This document shows positions 41,636-56,446 of a DNA stretch of 64,000 bases, one piece after another (the stretch's first letter is position 1; every line of letters begins with the position of its first letter). Source of the stretch: Ruditapes philippinarum (Eukaryota); the NCBI RefSeq assembly GCF_026571515.1, contig NW_026864809.1, forward strand, positions 124,001-188,000. The letters are read 5' to 3'. The notes beneath the pieces are model-generated. The model made no database searches, was not told where the DNA came from, and saw only the letters and a program-made list of their open reading frames with translations. The translations under genes and the position numbers were made by a program.

Positions 41636-44087
41636 CATCGTGTTTATGTTGGTGATATGTCAATAATGCTTTGCAACAATCAATTCTTTGTATTCCCAAA
41701 CGAAACATATTTTGTTAAAAAAAATCTTTTCCTAACATTTAAAGGGGATTTGAAATATAAAATATCGTTACAAACTTTGTTTGTATAGACAAAAAGCATC
41801 ATGAGATAATTTTCCATTAAAGCAAACATGCCAATTAGTATTTCTGTTATGGCAGTTTTTTCATTTAAACCAACAATATTGTTTTATAATATAAAAAATA
41901 ATTTAAATTAACCTATGTGCATTTTCGAGCGTCTAGAAAGATATCAATAAGCACACCATAACAAAAGAAAATAATCATTTCAATATAATAAACAATTCGG
42001 CAATTTATTGAAATGTAATGCTCAAATCTGGTAAAAAGATCCTGAAAGCTGTAACCTAATAGTTCTTTATTATTTGTAAGCGGCACATGATAAATCTATT
42101 GATATATGTTTTATTATAGATATATTTGTTTTGCAATTTGCGTACATGTAAATGTTTATCATTGTTGTTAAATAGACTAGTATTTTAGGATTTCAAATCC
42201 ATGAGGCAAAGATATTTGAAGCGAGTCGTATGTTATAATGCATATCATATAAAGAAAACGCATTGAATGCCATCCTTCCTTGTTGATCATGTTTTTCATA
42301 TTCCACTCAGATTAAAGGGACAAATAGAGAAAATGCGAATTCGTCAACAAGACTGTTTTCAAAAACTGCAGCGCAATGAATATATTTAACTTGTTGATAT
42401 ACAAGCGGATATATTAATGAAATATTGACGATATTTGAACTGTATCTCGTGTTCCATTTCAGAAACTTACAAGGTCGTAGAACACGGCAAAATTAAAATG
42501 TTGTGAGGTCGCTTTGATTGCGCTTGTTTATGGCTGTTAAGATTAAAGTTTAATGCAGGATAAGGTCCAAGCTCCTAGAACCGTCTTAAGTAAGATCCAG
42601 GCTTTCATACTATAATATGTGGCACAGTCATGAACTGGTGAACAAATAAGGGCGAATATCATGACTCCTCCAATTTATCTTCCGTGTTAACCTATGAAGT
42701 GCCGCACATGGTCCACAGTCATGAAAAATTGTCCGCAAAAAAAAACACTAGAAATAATGAACAATTCTATCATTGATAAAATGAAACGTAATACACGTAT
42801 TTGGGTTGTTGTGGGGGAGGGGTGTTGACAAGGGTTGACAAAAATGAGGCGATCAATTATGTTTTCATAGTGTATAACTTTATTTGTAGGTTATAAAAAG
42901 CCCTGATAAATTCATTCAAAAGTATGGAATATATTAAGGTTTTCAATGTAATAATAAAATCCTGATAAAAATATTAAGACCTAACAACAGTAAAACAGAG
43001 ACATGCTGTCCACTATCTAGAATAAAACTCAAGATCCCATTGTATATGAAACTTATTATGCCAAACACCGATTAAGATGATCGAACGTTATACAATATGT
43101 GTTACTATCCCTTCTGTGGAAAGTTACGAAAAGACCAAATCGTTTGACAACGTGTTTAATGCGTTTCTCCTCAACCGACATACAGCTATACATAATTTAG
43201 AGGACCCATAGGGCATCCAATCTGAAATGAGTCGTGATATATTATTGAAATTATCATTATGTGGCTGTTGCTCTTCTAGCAATGTCTTAATTATTCATGT
43301 CTCATTGAATTAGTCTGCATTAATGAATACAGTTTACTCTGCATTATAAGTAATGTATTACAACACCGTGTATATCCAAGAACGCAGGAATGTGCAAAAA
43401 ACACGCAACACTGTGTCATTAGGTTGCTTAAACCAGCATCAAGTAAAGTAAATTATACAAATTGTTTAATTGCGCTTCAAATTGAAAAAAAAATGCATTA
43501 GCGCATACGATTGCTAAGATATTTTTAAACATCATTAAAAAATATTTCCATTAAAGTGTTTATTTTTCAAGATCATTCGTGAGAACGACGACTTACAAGC
43601 ATATTGATGGCAACTTTAGTGTTTTGTCAATATCTTTAATTACAATAACTTATACTTTACATTATGTTGTTTTTATATTATGTGTACCTGAGACATTTGC
43701 CAAACTATTCGTGTGATATTACACTTTAATTCGTAGATAAAATGTGACTAAGACTATTTTACGAGGTAACGCCGAAGTCGTGAATGATGCACTGGAGCAA
43801 CGCTGGTTCCATCATAAAAAGTAGCTGAATCTTATTTTACCTGCTTCCTTCTAGTGTAAAACAACAAAAGTAGTTCGGCAGATTCTGAGGATATTCTGAT
43901 ACTGAATAATGCTTTAATATACTTATCAATTTCGACAAAACACAAGATGTCGCCTTCAAAACGGTAGTCAGTTTGTCTTCTCCGCTAATAATCTAAAAAA
44001 AAGGTAAACTTATGCCTGGGAAAATGTGTATTGCTGGTTTAAGTATAATGCCATACCGCCGTATGCGCTTATTCATATTTTATTTGA

Positions 44088-45223
44088 GGCCCGGTTTCAC
44101 CGCAAGAACTTTGCTGGAGCGTTCCTTGAACGGTAAGGACAGGGACAGAATTTCGGCAACGCTCGTCACCGCACACAAAATTGGAAAATAAATCGAAAAC
44201 ACGGCGTTGCCTTTGCGGTGCACCGCTGAAGCCGGTGTTGCAAAAGCATGGCTTAACGGTAGCAAGCGGTGGCGAGCGTTGGTTTAGCGGTGACGCAAGC
44301 ATTGATAGAGCGGTGTTCTGCGCTCGCGGGCGTTGGCTCGGCGGGGGTTTAAAGTTGGTTCAGTGGCATACTGCTTTTGACTACGGAGCTGAATGAATCG
44401 CTTTGCTCATTCCTCAGATCCACCATCAACTTGTCATACAGTCCATGTTCAGGCCGTCTCAGTATCCACTGTCGGACCCACATATCACTGTCTCTCCTTC
44501 TTCTCTATCAACAGCTTATGGCGATCTGAGGAGATTCTGATTCTGCTGCTAGACTAGTGCACCAATCATAGCAAGTCTCTCAGCATCCATGATAGTACAG
44601 TTTTACAGTAACTTTGAGATAATTTGATGTAAATGAGGTCTGCACTCAACGGCAGCTCGATTCATTATGGGCTATTGGTCCAATTCTCTTCGTAATTATA
44701 CATGTAGTTAAATTCTGGCCTGCTCCGACAGCTCCTTACCAACGCCAAACCAAAGTTCATCACCGCAATGGATCGCTGCTTCAACGCCCAACACCATTCA
44801 GCAATCCAGTGTTCGCTCGTTAAACGCTAACAACCCAACCGCTCCACCATAGTGTGTGCAACGTTTAATCATCGCTCGTGCAAAGCTGGCGAAGCAGCGG
44901 TGGTCCAGCGTTCAAGATTTCTGCGTTTGCCTCGCGGACCAAAGCGTCCACGAAATTGCGTCTAGCGGTACCAAACTTTGACTGGGCGTTGTTGGAGCGG
45001 TGGTGAACTTTGTCGGAGCTGAAAATGTCCCGCTCTTCACTGCTCGCAATATTTTGTGCAGCTCTAAACTTTCGGAGCGATAGGAGGGACCATATGCGGT
45101 GACCGAGTGTATACGACGTTGCATTATCGGAGGCCAACTTCTGATGAACTTTAAGGAGCGGTGATGAATTCTTTTCAGAGCTCCAGAGACGCTCCAGCAA
45201 AGTTATTGCGGTGTGACCGGGCC
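44088..45223 (-). mobile_element. PIF/Harbinger internal-deletion derivative
   Basis: About 34-bp inverted ends GGCCCGGT..CACCGCAA.AACTTTGCTGGAGCG, flanked by TGA/TTA; GC-rich; minus-strand relic RRRRDSDMWVRQWILRRPEHGLYDKLMVDLRNE (about 44405-44510), typical of Harbinger transposase N-termini. Confidence 0.85.
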
Positions 45224-46313
45224 TTAAAATAAAATAAAGCGTTGCACTGATTCCGCGTAACTTTTGCGTTATTTACCCACTGTGTGTAAGCACCATTGTT
45301 ATTACAATGTACTGGAAAGGAAAAAAGGACTGTCTTGTGAAAAAACAATGTTCTTTTTTAAATTGTCGATGAGAAGCCTCTGCATATTAATTTTGTATAT
45401 AAATAGATCAATTACTTCACCGTTTACATCTGTGGAGAAAGTTACCTAAAACATGTCATATTAATGGTCATTGAAATTACATACCCAAATTATTCCGGCA
45501 ACTTTGGTAAAAATGGAAAATTGAGCAGAATAGTTTTAAGAATGTGACTTTTCATAAATTGAGACTTGCTGTTACTTTATGGTGTAAGTTATTTAAAAAA
45601 CTACTTAATGTCTTAGATATTGTCTACATCTCAAATTATTGACATTTTTTCATATAACGTTTATATTTTTGAGCTTCCATGGGCAATCCTAGTTTTTTTT
45701 TATAAATTGTGTTGGTTTTGTACCTATTTCAATTCACAATGAAGATGCAATTTGTTTCTATAAGGTTGAAGTTGTTCTGCTCCCTTCTATGTAACATTCG
45801 CAAACAACAGGTATGATTTGCCTGTACATATTGTTGTTGAGGAAAATGTTTAATAAAAAATTAACAGAGTATTTTATTCTTTAATTGAAAAACTACTAAA
45901 ATATGATTAATAACATAACGTTTCATAATTTTTATGTGACACGATAAGCATCAGTATTGTTACTCACGCATTAAGTGGCTAGTATAAATCATAGGACACA
46001 GCAAAACAGATGATACACTCAAGTGTCTTATTCTCGTAGAGTTCATTTTCCTGTTCTCAAATTGGGAAATATAAAACAGAGGCATGGTAATGCAAACAGA
46101 CATGCCAAATATTTTAACGATAGGTGCTCAGACAAATTATACTAAATGAATTACAAAGTCGCTGACTCTATATATCTCATGAGGCTGTTTTCAACATTTT
46201 GGTGACATAACTAATTTACCACGCAATATCCCATGGGACATATGACACGGCTTATTTAGAGACGTTCAGAAAATTTCAGAATATTTATATTGGTAAACTG
46301 TGTTGATGTTATA

Positions 46314-47050
46314 CGAGGGATGATCAAAAATAAACCGGACTGTGACTGGCAATTGAAGAATTTTCATCCTATCACTTATTGTTATATATAACACTTAATC
46401 GGAAAACAATACCTGTAAACTGATACTATATCTAATCTGATAACGCAAATAGCTTGTCCGTAACAGCGAATTCAAAAACCATGGTAACGCACACCCGGTG
46501 CAGTGCGTAAATTCGCCTTGACATGAGGCGCTTTATGCTGTGTGTATTTTACAATATGGCACATTTAGATTTCAAAATATGCCAAAACGTCATGTACCAT
46601 ATCTTTGAGGTTGTCAGTAAAAATGACTTCATTTAATTAAACCATATTTATATTTACAATCACAATTCAAACGCCACATGTTAATGAAATACTCGCGTTA
46701 AAACTATGTCGTCGGAATGTCTCGAAAATCGATCAATAGGAAAAATTTGTCAAATGTAAGACGAGAAACTGTTTAAAACGTAGAAAAAGATTATGGCTAT
46801 CAAGGGAAAAGTTCCAGAAAGCCACAGCATATTTTTTGATTAGCTTAAAAGATTAAGAAAGGATAATAGAGAAATAGAAACAAGTAAGGGAGAGACAGAA
46901 AAAAAAGACATTTTCAAGGACGTTGGTGACGTCAATCGCCAAGACGTTGCAAAATGACAGTCGATTGACTGCGGACATTGTCAACGATGTTCGACAGTAA
47001 CTACGGGACGGTGCAGTCAACTCTGAGGATCTTAAAATGATTTAGGTAAT
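46314..47050 (+). mobile_element. Truncated mariner-like element
   Basis: TA|CGAGGGATGATCAAAAA left end; degraded HTH-like coding remnant at about 46950-47040; no right inverted repeat seen, so the end coordinate is approximate. Confidence 0.55.
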
Positions 47051-47644
47051 GCATTAATGACATGTATTGTATTCTTGGTTTACAATTGTATCAATTATTT
47101 TCTTATTTTACGCAGAAGTCTTATGGAGAAATTGTGTCAACAATTTAACAGCCACTGTTCAAATTGGCTATGCGTTTTATTTATTTTAAAATAATGACAA
47201 TTTTGATCATTGTTGTATTATTCTGTTATTTTTTCGTACGTATGATACATTATCATTCAGCAACATTATTTTACATTACTTGTAATACATAATATAGTTA
47301 ATTGCATGTGCGATGTTTTCAACAATCAAGTTACAGAAGGAAATAACGGAAGTTTGCGTCATTTCAGGAGCTCTTTATCACCATTCATTCTATTACAATA
47401 CAATATGATACCCACTTGTACAGAAATATATATAGGCAGGGGATCCGCCGCATCAATAACATGACTGTACCACATATTGGCCTACTCCGTGAATGAGTAA
47501 ACATCTGCTCCGTTAAGGACAATACGCTTGTGACGTCGTTAACGTCAATTTTAAAGTTATACCGTGCGCCGCATTGCTTTACAATTTTCACAATGATAGA
47601 ATTTAGGCGGTTAACAAACCTTTTAACAAATTAGGATACTTTAA

Positions 47645-48255
47645 TGCAGGCTTGCTGAGATATCAAGATAAGTCATTCTGTTTTAACTAACCTAAATGCA
47701 TCATTCAGGAGAACTATTGAAACATTTATTCTCTTTGCAATAGAAACTTTAAGTGTTTATACATCGGCTTTGTCTGTTCAACGACCAACTTTTATTGCGT
47801 TATTCTCTCAAGAAATATCAATGATTTGTCACTCTAAGACAATAAACAATAGCAGCATTGTTTGGACTTACAAACGACAAACTCGATTCTCTGTTCCTTA
47901 ATTGATTGCATTGGCGAGTTATGAGGCATGTTGCTCTTGCAATAACAAAATGAAGCACTTTTTATAGTAGAACAGAGAAAGTGCTAAGTGTTTCGTTTGA
48001 AGACGGCCTGTGGAAAAATGATATTTAGGAAAACGGTACATTACAGACTTTTCAAAATATAGTTATAAGATTTCAAAACAAGTATTATTTTTCATATTAC
48101 TGAAACATGTGTAGGTTAAATTAAAAGTTAAAATGTCGCTGACTTCGTTTATCTCTTGATAATATTTTCAAATATTTTACGACATAACTAATTTATCATA
48201 TAGATCCCAGTGGAAATGAGACACAACTCATTGACTTTTAGAACATTTCAAGACA
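47645..48255 (+). repeat. Direct copy of the 490-1330 block
   Basis: Colinear similarity with 490-1330, with an internal deletion. Confidence 0.85.
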
Positions 48256-50799
48256 GGATCAAAGAAATATTCAAAAGGTTAAAAAAAATTATTTCTTTCA
48301 AAAAAGATATGATTACGGTGTCTGTGTGAAGTAAATGTGCATTTAAAATGCATGCATCATACATACTTTTATGGTTCTGCTTAAAATAAAGTATGAATAT
48401 ACTTGACAGCGGTGTATCTGGAAAAAAAACGTGCCGAGGTAAAAAAAAAAACAGAAAATAAATCAATGTTCATAGTAAACTATAAAAAAAAAACTTAACA
48501 GTGATAAATGCTTGTATGGGACCTATTTGTGTAGTTTCTTATAACGGAGTTTACGCTATAGGATAGTATACTTTGATCATGAGATACAGAAGAAAAATAA
48601 AAGAGACCAAAAGGAAGTGTTCCTTAAAACTGAGTTTACGTTATAGAGTGGACCAATGTAGAGTGTGTTGCATTTGTATTCAACATAATTAAATATTTTC
48701 CCTAAAATTTCAATTCCATTTTAATTAGATGTGATAGTATTGCTTTTAATCTTTATTATCAACCGAAATTGTTTATGAATTGTTACAGTAAGGGAACTTC
48801 GTCTCTAATAGCTACATTCTTAAATCATTTTTGTCTTAAAAGCAACTTTTATATATGAAAAACATGTATATCTCCTTCTGTAATACGCAATTTTTCTGAC
48901 GTCTGACGAGTGTTTGTTCTTACAGACAGGAAACACGTTATTCAAAATTTTAAAAAAAATCAATAAAAACGAATTTCCGTTTTCCGTTTATTCTACGAAT
49001 GAATCGAGTAATGGTGTTTCAAGGGCATGATCTTCCAGCTTTACATCATTATTGTATATATGTAATAGAAAATGCATTGAAACACGAGGCTATCTGATTT
49101 GTACGAGGGGCGTAGCCGATTGTTTTGATGTTCTTTCTCTTTTGTATCATAGTCAAACATAAAAACACGTTCCCTGTTGCAACAATATTATTCCCCAGAA
49201 TCCCAGAAAAAAAGTATCCAATGAACGAGTATCTGAATATGATATTTCTATCTCTTTCCTTTTCTCTGCCGTCACAATAAGTGAACCAGGAAAAATGAGC
49301 CAATCAATGGGCATGCTCTGGAATGCGGGTAACTAATACCTGCACTCCAGTTAACGCACTGCCCATGTATATGTATACGTATTCTATTTAACTCTGACAC
49401 ATTTTCAACAGAAAGGTCCCCAAACTATGATACAACATTTAAAATTATCCGATTGGCGCGAGTATATAGTAAGAAATATCTGAGAAGACATTTTCAACAG
49501 ATTTGTGTATTGAACACCATCTACCAAACATGTCTGCTAGACAAAATATAAACAAAACATACTATAGATAGAAAAATGTTTAAGTATATATACATAGATA
49601 CATTTTAGAAATGAAATTATGTACAATTATACTAATTAGTTCCAGGGAACGGACCCAACAGTTGTTCCAATAAACTTTGATTATTTTTTTTTCACTAACA
49701 TTTTAATAAACATTCCAGGAATACAGATTTTTCACACAACAGCAGAGACAAATTAAAAAATTCTCAAGAGTGATTGTATATTATTCAAGTAAATATATGT
49801 CATGAATATATTTGTCATGAATTAGAGTTTACTATTTCATGAAATATTGCAGATCTTATTACGTGAATTTTCAAAAGTCGCAAAAAAACATGGAAAATTG
49901 AAATTCTGAAGTTTCCGTTTAATGGACGGCAATGGTAAATTCATACAAGCACACTCCACGCCCCACTATAGTCACGGCTTTAGCATAATTCATATTTAAT
50001 CATTTCATATGGTACAATAACGTATCTATATATGATTTTAAAAAAACTCACTACAGTACCTATAAGCATTTGCAGATACAACAGTAGTTATAATGGTACA
50101 ACACATGTGACACTCCCGAACCTTTCAACAAAAGTCGGTGTTTGGTACCAAATAAATAATAATTGCTATCTTCTTTTTATAAAACATTCATCAATTTACA
50201 GAGAAAAATAAAAAACTGTTTCCTACTAGTGAAATGACACGCTGCATTTTTTTTTTTGACAACGATTGCTCTTAATGGGTTAAAAAAATAAGCGCTTCAT
50301 TTGCACCAATCATAATGAAACAAAGCATGGCTAGATCTATATGTTGTTCATTATAATTATTTGGTATTTACGCGCGATAAATTATGATCGAAGGGAAGTA
50401 AATGCTTATGCCTGTTAAAATATATTTATCACAGTTATTCGTCATTTTACATTTCTGTCATTGCACTGTCTAGTAAACCGTTATTTCAGGGTTGTTGTTT
50501 CAACAGAAACAACGCCGAACGAAAAAAAGCATTTCTCCGCATTCGCTTTATGTTAAAAGTGTTACAATTGATATTAATAATCCAAATTAGGTTAACCGAT
50601 AAAACCAAAGCCAATACCGCTTTAAAGAAACCTAAAGCTAACATAACATCGTATTCTGGATCTGAAATTACGGTTCTTTGTATAGTAAAACTGTCCTGAA
50701 GATACAATAAATGTATCAAAAATTGTAGAATTTTATACTATGTAAGAGCATATACAAGCCCCTACTTCTTGCAATGATGCATTGATTGATTTTAGATTA

Positions 50800-51885
50800 A
50801 AAAATCCAAATGAATAAAGATCTGTTTAACATGGCTACCTCAATGTATTCCATGGTATTGAGAAATTACCTGATGCTTGCACGATCAAAATATATCACAA
50901 CTATTCCCCTCTAGATCAACCTCCCCGACATTGTGCCAGTCTCCCTTCGAAGGAACTTAATGCTATGAAAAAAGCTGGCATTATAGAAAAGGTCACCACA
51001 CCAACATATTGGGTGAATATTATGGTCGTAGTCAATAAGTCACATTCAGATAAGGTTCGAATTGTAATTGACCCCAAAACCATATCCAAAGGTCACACTA
51101 TCCCTTAAAAGCTGTAGATGATAATTTCCGCAGTTGAATTCTGCATTTTTTTCACAAAACTTGACTGCACATCAGGTTAATTACTGGTCAGTTGTTTTAG
51201 ATGTCAAATCATCACATCTTACCACCTTCAAGACACCCTCAATGACGTTATATGCATTTAAGATGTCCCATGTGATTAAAATAATAAAATGCAGTCAAGC
51301 TATCTTTAAACAAAAGATGCATGATTGTTTAGAAGGCTTATTTGGTTGTTGTGGTATACGACACTCTAGTTTATGGCTCATCTCAAGAATATCGTGACAT
51401 AAATCTAAGAAACTTACTTGATAGATGTTCGCGAAAAGCTCATAAGGTTAATGGCAGGGATTTTTTTCCAGGATTTTGGGAACATGACCCATACCCATGG
51501 AATTGGAAATTTCAGCGGTGTTGTTTGTTTTTTTTTTAATTGGGAAAAAATGCATGACTGAAATTTTACATTGATAAAATCGATGCAAAGAAAAACTGTC
51601 TAGGATGGCATCTTCAAACATTTAAGCAATATTACAGTGAAGAAGCCCTTGTTTTCAAAGATTTTAGAATTTTTATTCAATATTTTTATTTTGTAACTTT
51701 CAAATGGGATTTTTTTCCTGTGATTTGGAAAATAATATACTATTTTCAATTGGGAAAATGACTCAATAACGGCAATAGAATAAGCCAAAAAATCCCTGAA
51801 TGGGGACAAACTTGTTGATGGTGTCTCAGAAGAAAAGTATTTCGGTCACATCCTTTCAGCAGATGGATTGAAATCAGACCCAGAC
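50800..51885 (+). mobile_element. Degenerate Ty3/Gypsy reverse-transcriptase fragment
   Basis: KELNAMKKAGIIEKVTTPTYWVNIMVVVNK...KVRIVIDPK, YWSVVLDVKSSHLTTFKTP, DTLVYG, KYFGHILSADGLKSDP; several frameshifts. Confidence 0.9.
51455..51798. mobile_element. Small TIR element inserted in the Gypsy RT relic
   Basis: CAGGGATTTTTT...AAAAAATCCCTG with 5-bp duplication AATGG; removing it restores the RT frame KVNGDKL. Confidence 0.85.
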
Positions 51886-51935
51886 CACTTTTAGAAATAC
51901 GCGCTATCCTACTTCTGACACCATGCTACATGTAT

Positions 51936-52148
51936 ATATGAGCCGCATCACGACAAAACCAACATAATGGGTTTGCGACCAGCATGGATCCAGACTAGCC
52001 TGTGCATGCGCGCAGTCTTATCAGGATCCATGATGTTCTACTTGTAATAGAGTTGGTAAGCGAACAGCATGGATCCTGATCAGACTGCGCGGATGCGCAT
52101 GCTGGTCGTAAACGCACTATGTTGGTTTTGTCGTGACGCGGCTCATAT
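51936..52148. mobile_element. Palindromic MITE
   Basis: ATATGAGCCGC.TCACGACAAAACCAACATA...TATGTTGGTTTTGTCGTGACGCGGCTCATAT; almost wholly self-complementary. Confidence 0.85.
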
Positions 52149-53127
52149 TATATTACATGTTGTAAGATGAAAACAAGATAATTGCGCTAAATAAATATTA
52201 TATTTTTCTATTATTTGTAAAAACAGCTATTGTTAAGATCAGAGATGATATATACTATATACTAGTAGCTAGGGGCCTACTATAGCAGTTTATAACACAA
52301 TTTAACTAGTTAGAAATGTTACCAAATAAGTTATATTTCTTGATACAATATCCTGACAAGATTACATCTCAGATAATGTACATTGATGAATTAGCCTAAA
52401 AATAATCTCAATTTTCTCCGTCGTTCAAGACCATGAAGACATGAATCAGGGAATAGCAGAATCAAACAACTTGAATCAAACAACGTAACTGCTCATCAAT
52501 TTGATCAAATTTATATGTTTTGACAAAAGCGTTTTTGTCAAATCAGAGATAAACTAGATCTATTAATATAATGGTATAGAAGTTCAGATCTACGCCAATT
52601 TAAGGGCAACTTACAAGATTGCCACGACACTACTGTACGAGTATGACACTATGGAGGGCGTTTGTTGCCAAAATTCCATACATGTAAAGTGTTCGGTACA
52701 TGTCTATGGAAGGCGTTTGTTGCCAAAATTCCAGACATGTAAAGTATTCCTTTTGAAAACTACTTTTGAAAATGCAAACGTGCATGTCTAGTTTTTTTTT
52801 ATTGTATTCGTGCACAGCAAATAATATGCCTCTTAATCCAATCTTTTAATTGAAGGCACCTGCTTTAAATAACAAGTTTACATGTAGATCTTAACAACTG
52901 ACTTAACAATAAATTTACAAGTTCGTATCTTCCATTGCATATAATACATAAGCATGTTTGCACGCTTATCATGCTTATATATATATCTAACCGTATCTAA
53001 GACATATATAAATGAAATGTAAAACTCGAATACAGAAAATAGAGTTTAAGAAAACGTGTTTCCAGTTGTAGAACTGCAACAGTACGTTTACACTGTAACA
53101 TGTTTAAAATAACAAAATTAGATTTAC

Positions 53128-54260
53128 AAGTAGAGTTTTTGATGCTAAAGCATCAAGTCGCCGGATAGAAATATGATTGTATTATCGAAAATAAAAGAAA
53201 ATATCAGTTTAATGGAAAAGAGGAACAATATTATAAGTTGAGTAATGTTTATTCATAAACATGTTTTCATGTACTTGTCACAATTATATATTTCTTGCTA
53301 TAAAATTTGTAAAAGAGTTTTATGCAATAAATTTATGTTATGTTCTAACAAAACATCATATTTGAAGCAAACATGCTTAGCAATTTTGTCAAAAAAACTG
53401 TTATCATTGTTAAATGAGCAAGTATTGTTTGGCAATATTTACACGAGACTAATTAATTTTCGGGTGGTGTTTCGTTAGCTTTCATAACTTATTATGATAA
53501 ATATTATGGTAAGTATAATTACATGAATATAACAATTAATTGAGTGACGAAGTTGTAACCTAGTAGGCGCAAATTCGAATCTTGGACAAATCCTGTTTGT
53601 AGTTTTCATAAATTGATTTTATTATATCTTTCAACTATATGAAACATAAGTTGATAAATCGTGTGTTTCATTTCTATAGCACTTTTTTATTTCATAATTT
53701 TGATAAATGGTCAAATTTTGAAAAAAAAAACAATATCATAAAAGAAAACATAAAAATCACTTATCGAACCTACAGTCTTCAATTTGAAACTAACAATAAA
53801 ACTAACACCTTGTCATCGAGGCTTGTAAAGCAAGTGATATGCTTGTAATTCTACTTGTAATTAGATACTTTATACATATACCGTTGTACTTCAGAATCCG
53901 ATAATTACCGATCATCGAATATTTGGAAAGTGACTATGAAAATATATATGCTTAATTATTGCATGAAACAATGCAATTCTACTGTAAAAGTGGTGTGTGC
54001 ATAAAAAAATGTTCTTATGCGCTATCGAATAAATATATAATTTAGTTGAAATCAATATTCCCGTCGTTGCATACGATATAGTTAACGTTTAATTGTCTTT
54101 CAGTGCGATAAACTATCAACACAAAGATAATTTATTAGTTTTCTCTGTGTATCCAATACGATTCCGGCCCCCTACCGTCATACCGAGATTTTGCAATTAT
54201 TCATATCAAATTACTTTGATTTGCACTTTATTTGTCGCCGGTAGAAACCGGCGACTATAT
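53128..54260. mobile_element. Helentron-type non-autonomous element (HINE-like) nested in the 52.6-57.6 kb element
   Basis: Terminal hairpin TTGATGCTAAAGCATCAA plus GTCGCCGG at one end; GTCGCCGG-tagaaa-CCGGCGAC at the other. Confidence 0.6.
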
Positions 54261-55549
54261 TTGTAACAGTTTAATATAATATCTATTTGTAGGAGAAGGC
54301 CTTAAAATCTGAATATAAAAGCAAATCAATTACTAAACAATTAAGGACCACAATTATTTTTCATAATCTTAAAAATTCAAATACAAAGTAACGTTGCTAA
54401 ATGAAATGAAATATACAAATATTGACATCTTAAAAAGCAACATTACAATTTTCATAAAATGAATTAATAACGTATCCCTATGGACCAGTCATTGAATTTA
54501 TGGATACTTTTACTTTTTTTCTAAGTGTCATTCGTTGCTATTTTATGATTGATAAATCATGAATGATATTTGAAATGACACATTTAAATTATTTGGTTGT
54601 TTATATCTTATGAGACCTATTATATTTCATTATTTTATCTAATTATAAACAGATTCTCCCTGAATCACGTGACTACACGTTGTGTGTTATCGTTATAAAA
54701 TCTATTAATAGTAACAGATTGCTGATAAGACATACAGGTAACTTGTGAATAGTTGAAAAGGTATGGCGGCTGATTAGATGCAAATGTATAAATAATTACA
54801 AAGTTATCTTTCATTAATCAGTTTCATATTTTATATCCTTAGAAAGGTCTGTATACTCATACTCATAATTTACACATTCAAGAATAAGTTTTCAAAACCG
54901 TTTCGTTTTTTCTTGGTAGAGGGTTAAACTTGGCCCTTTCTGTCAACGTGCAATACTTTAGTTTAGGTTGAACATCACAAAATAGATTTATGCTAAAGAG
55001 GCACATTAGTGGTAATCGTCGTCTTCGTTATATTCCGTCGATTTCCGTCGCGCTGGTTCCCAAAAGGTGTCGGCCTGGTGATTTTTCGTATTCTTGATTC
55101 TATAGTAAATCAGTCACATTTGAGGCTTAATTCTGGATTCCACTGTTCTTGATGAATTATATACTGTCTTCAACTTTAAACATCAACACTATCTGAGTCA
55201 AATGAGGCCCAAAATATAATAGGTTAGCCATCTCCTTTTTTCAGAAATCTTCATTCTGTTGTAACACAGTTTAAATTCACCACTTTAAAAACTCCTGACT
55301 GCTGGTGGGTGGTACATCTTTAATCCTTCCGCCAACAAATGAGTTCCTGGAGAATACACAAAAAAACTACTTTTAAACTCATCATATAACACACAAAAAC
55401 TACACACATGCAATAAATACACTTAAATTATGACCAATAGAGATGACTTAAATTGGGCCACTTCAAAATTTTAAAGAACTACTTTCTAGACTACAATGAG
55501 CTGGGTCTAATTCCGTACCGGGTTGAGACCAAAACGGTATGACGGTAGG

Positions 55550-56446
55550 GATCCGGAATCGTATTAGATACATAATAAAGAAAACTAATAAAATATCTTT
55601 TTGTTAATATTTTATCGAACTGAAAGGCAATTAAACGTTAACTACATCGTATGTAACGACAGGAATATTGATTTCAACTAAATAATTTATTTTTTCGATA
55701 GCGCATAAAAATATTTTTTATGCAGATACAACTTTTACGGTGGAATTGCATTGTTTCATGCAATAATTAAAACATATATATTTTCAAATATTCGATGACC
55801 GTTAATTATTTGGCGGTAATTATCAGATTCTGAAGTATACAATACGGATTTCGATGTCTGGTATAACGTAGAATTACAAGTAGAATTACAAGAATATCAC
55901 TCGCCTTACAAAATTAATTAAAATTATCAAATAAAAAAAATGCTAGAAATGAAACACGATTTATCAACTTATGTTTCATATAGTTAAAAGAAATAATAAA
56001 AAAATAGTTTTATGAAAACTGCAACAGGGATTTTCAAAGATTCAAACTTGGCCTACTAGGTCACAACTTCGTCATACTTACCACCACTAGGCCATCAAGC
56101 AATATTAATTGATTTAATATCTTTACTATCAATAAAATCTTTAGCATTAATCATAATAAGTTACGTACTAAACTAACGAAACACCTCCCGAAAATTAATG
56201 AGTCTCAGCAGGTCAATATTGCCAGACAATACTTGCTTATTTAATAATCATAGCAGTTCCTTGACAATATTGCTAAGCAAGTTTGCTTCATATAATTATG
56301 ATGTTTTATTGTGAATGAATAGTTACTCAACATATTGTTCCTCTTTTCTTTATACTTGAACCATTAATTAAACTGATATGTTCTTATATTAATGATAATA
56401 CAATCATTTTCTATCCGGCGACTTGATGCTTTAGCATCAAAATCTC
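55550..56446. mobile_element. Second, inverted and truncated copy of the 53128-54260 element
   Basis: Reverse-complement similarity along its length, e.g. tctatccggcgacttgatgctttagcatcaaa; tRNA-like A/B-box remnant at about 56030-56100. Confidence 0.7.

Noticed and set aside
44069-45200. GC-rich ORFs of 61-111 aa
   Set aside because: They lie in the subterminal regions of the Harbinger derivative; the only recognisable coding relic is in another, broken frame.
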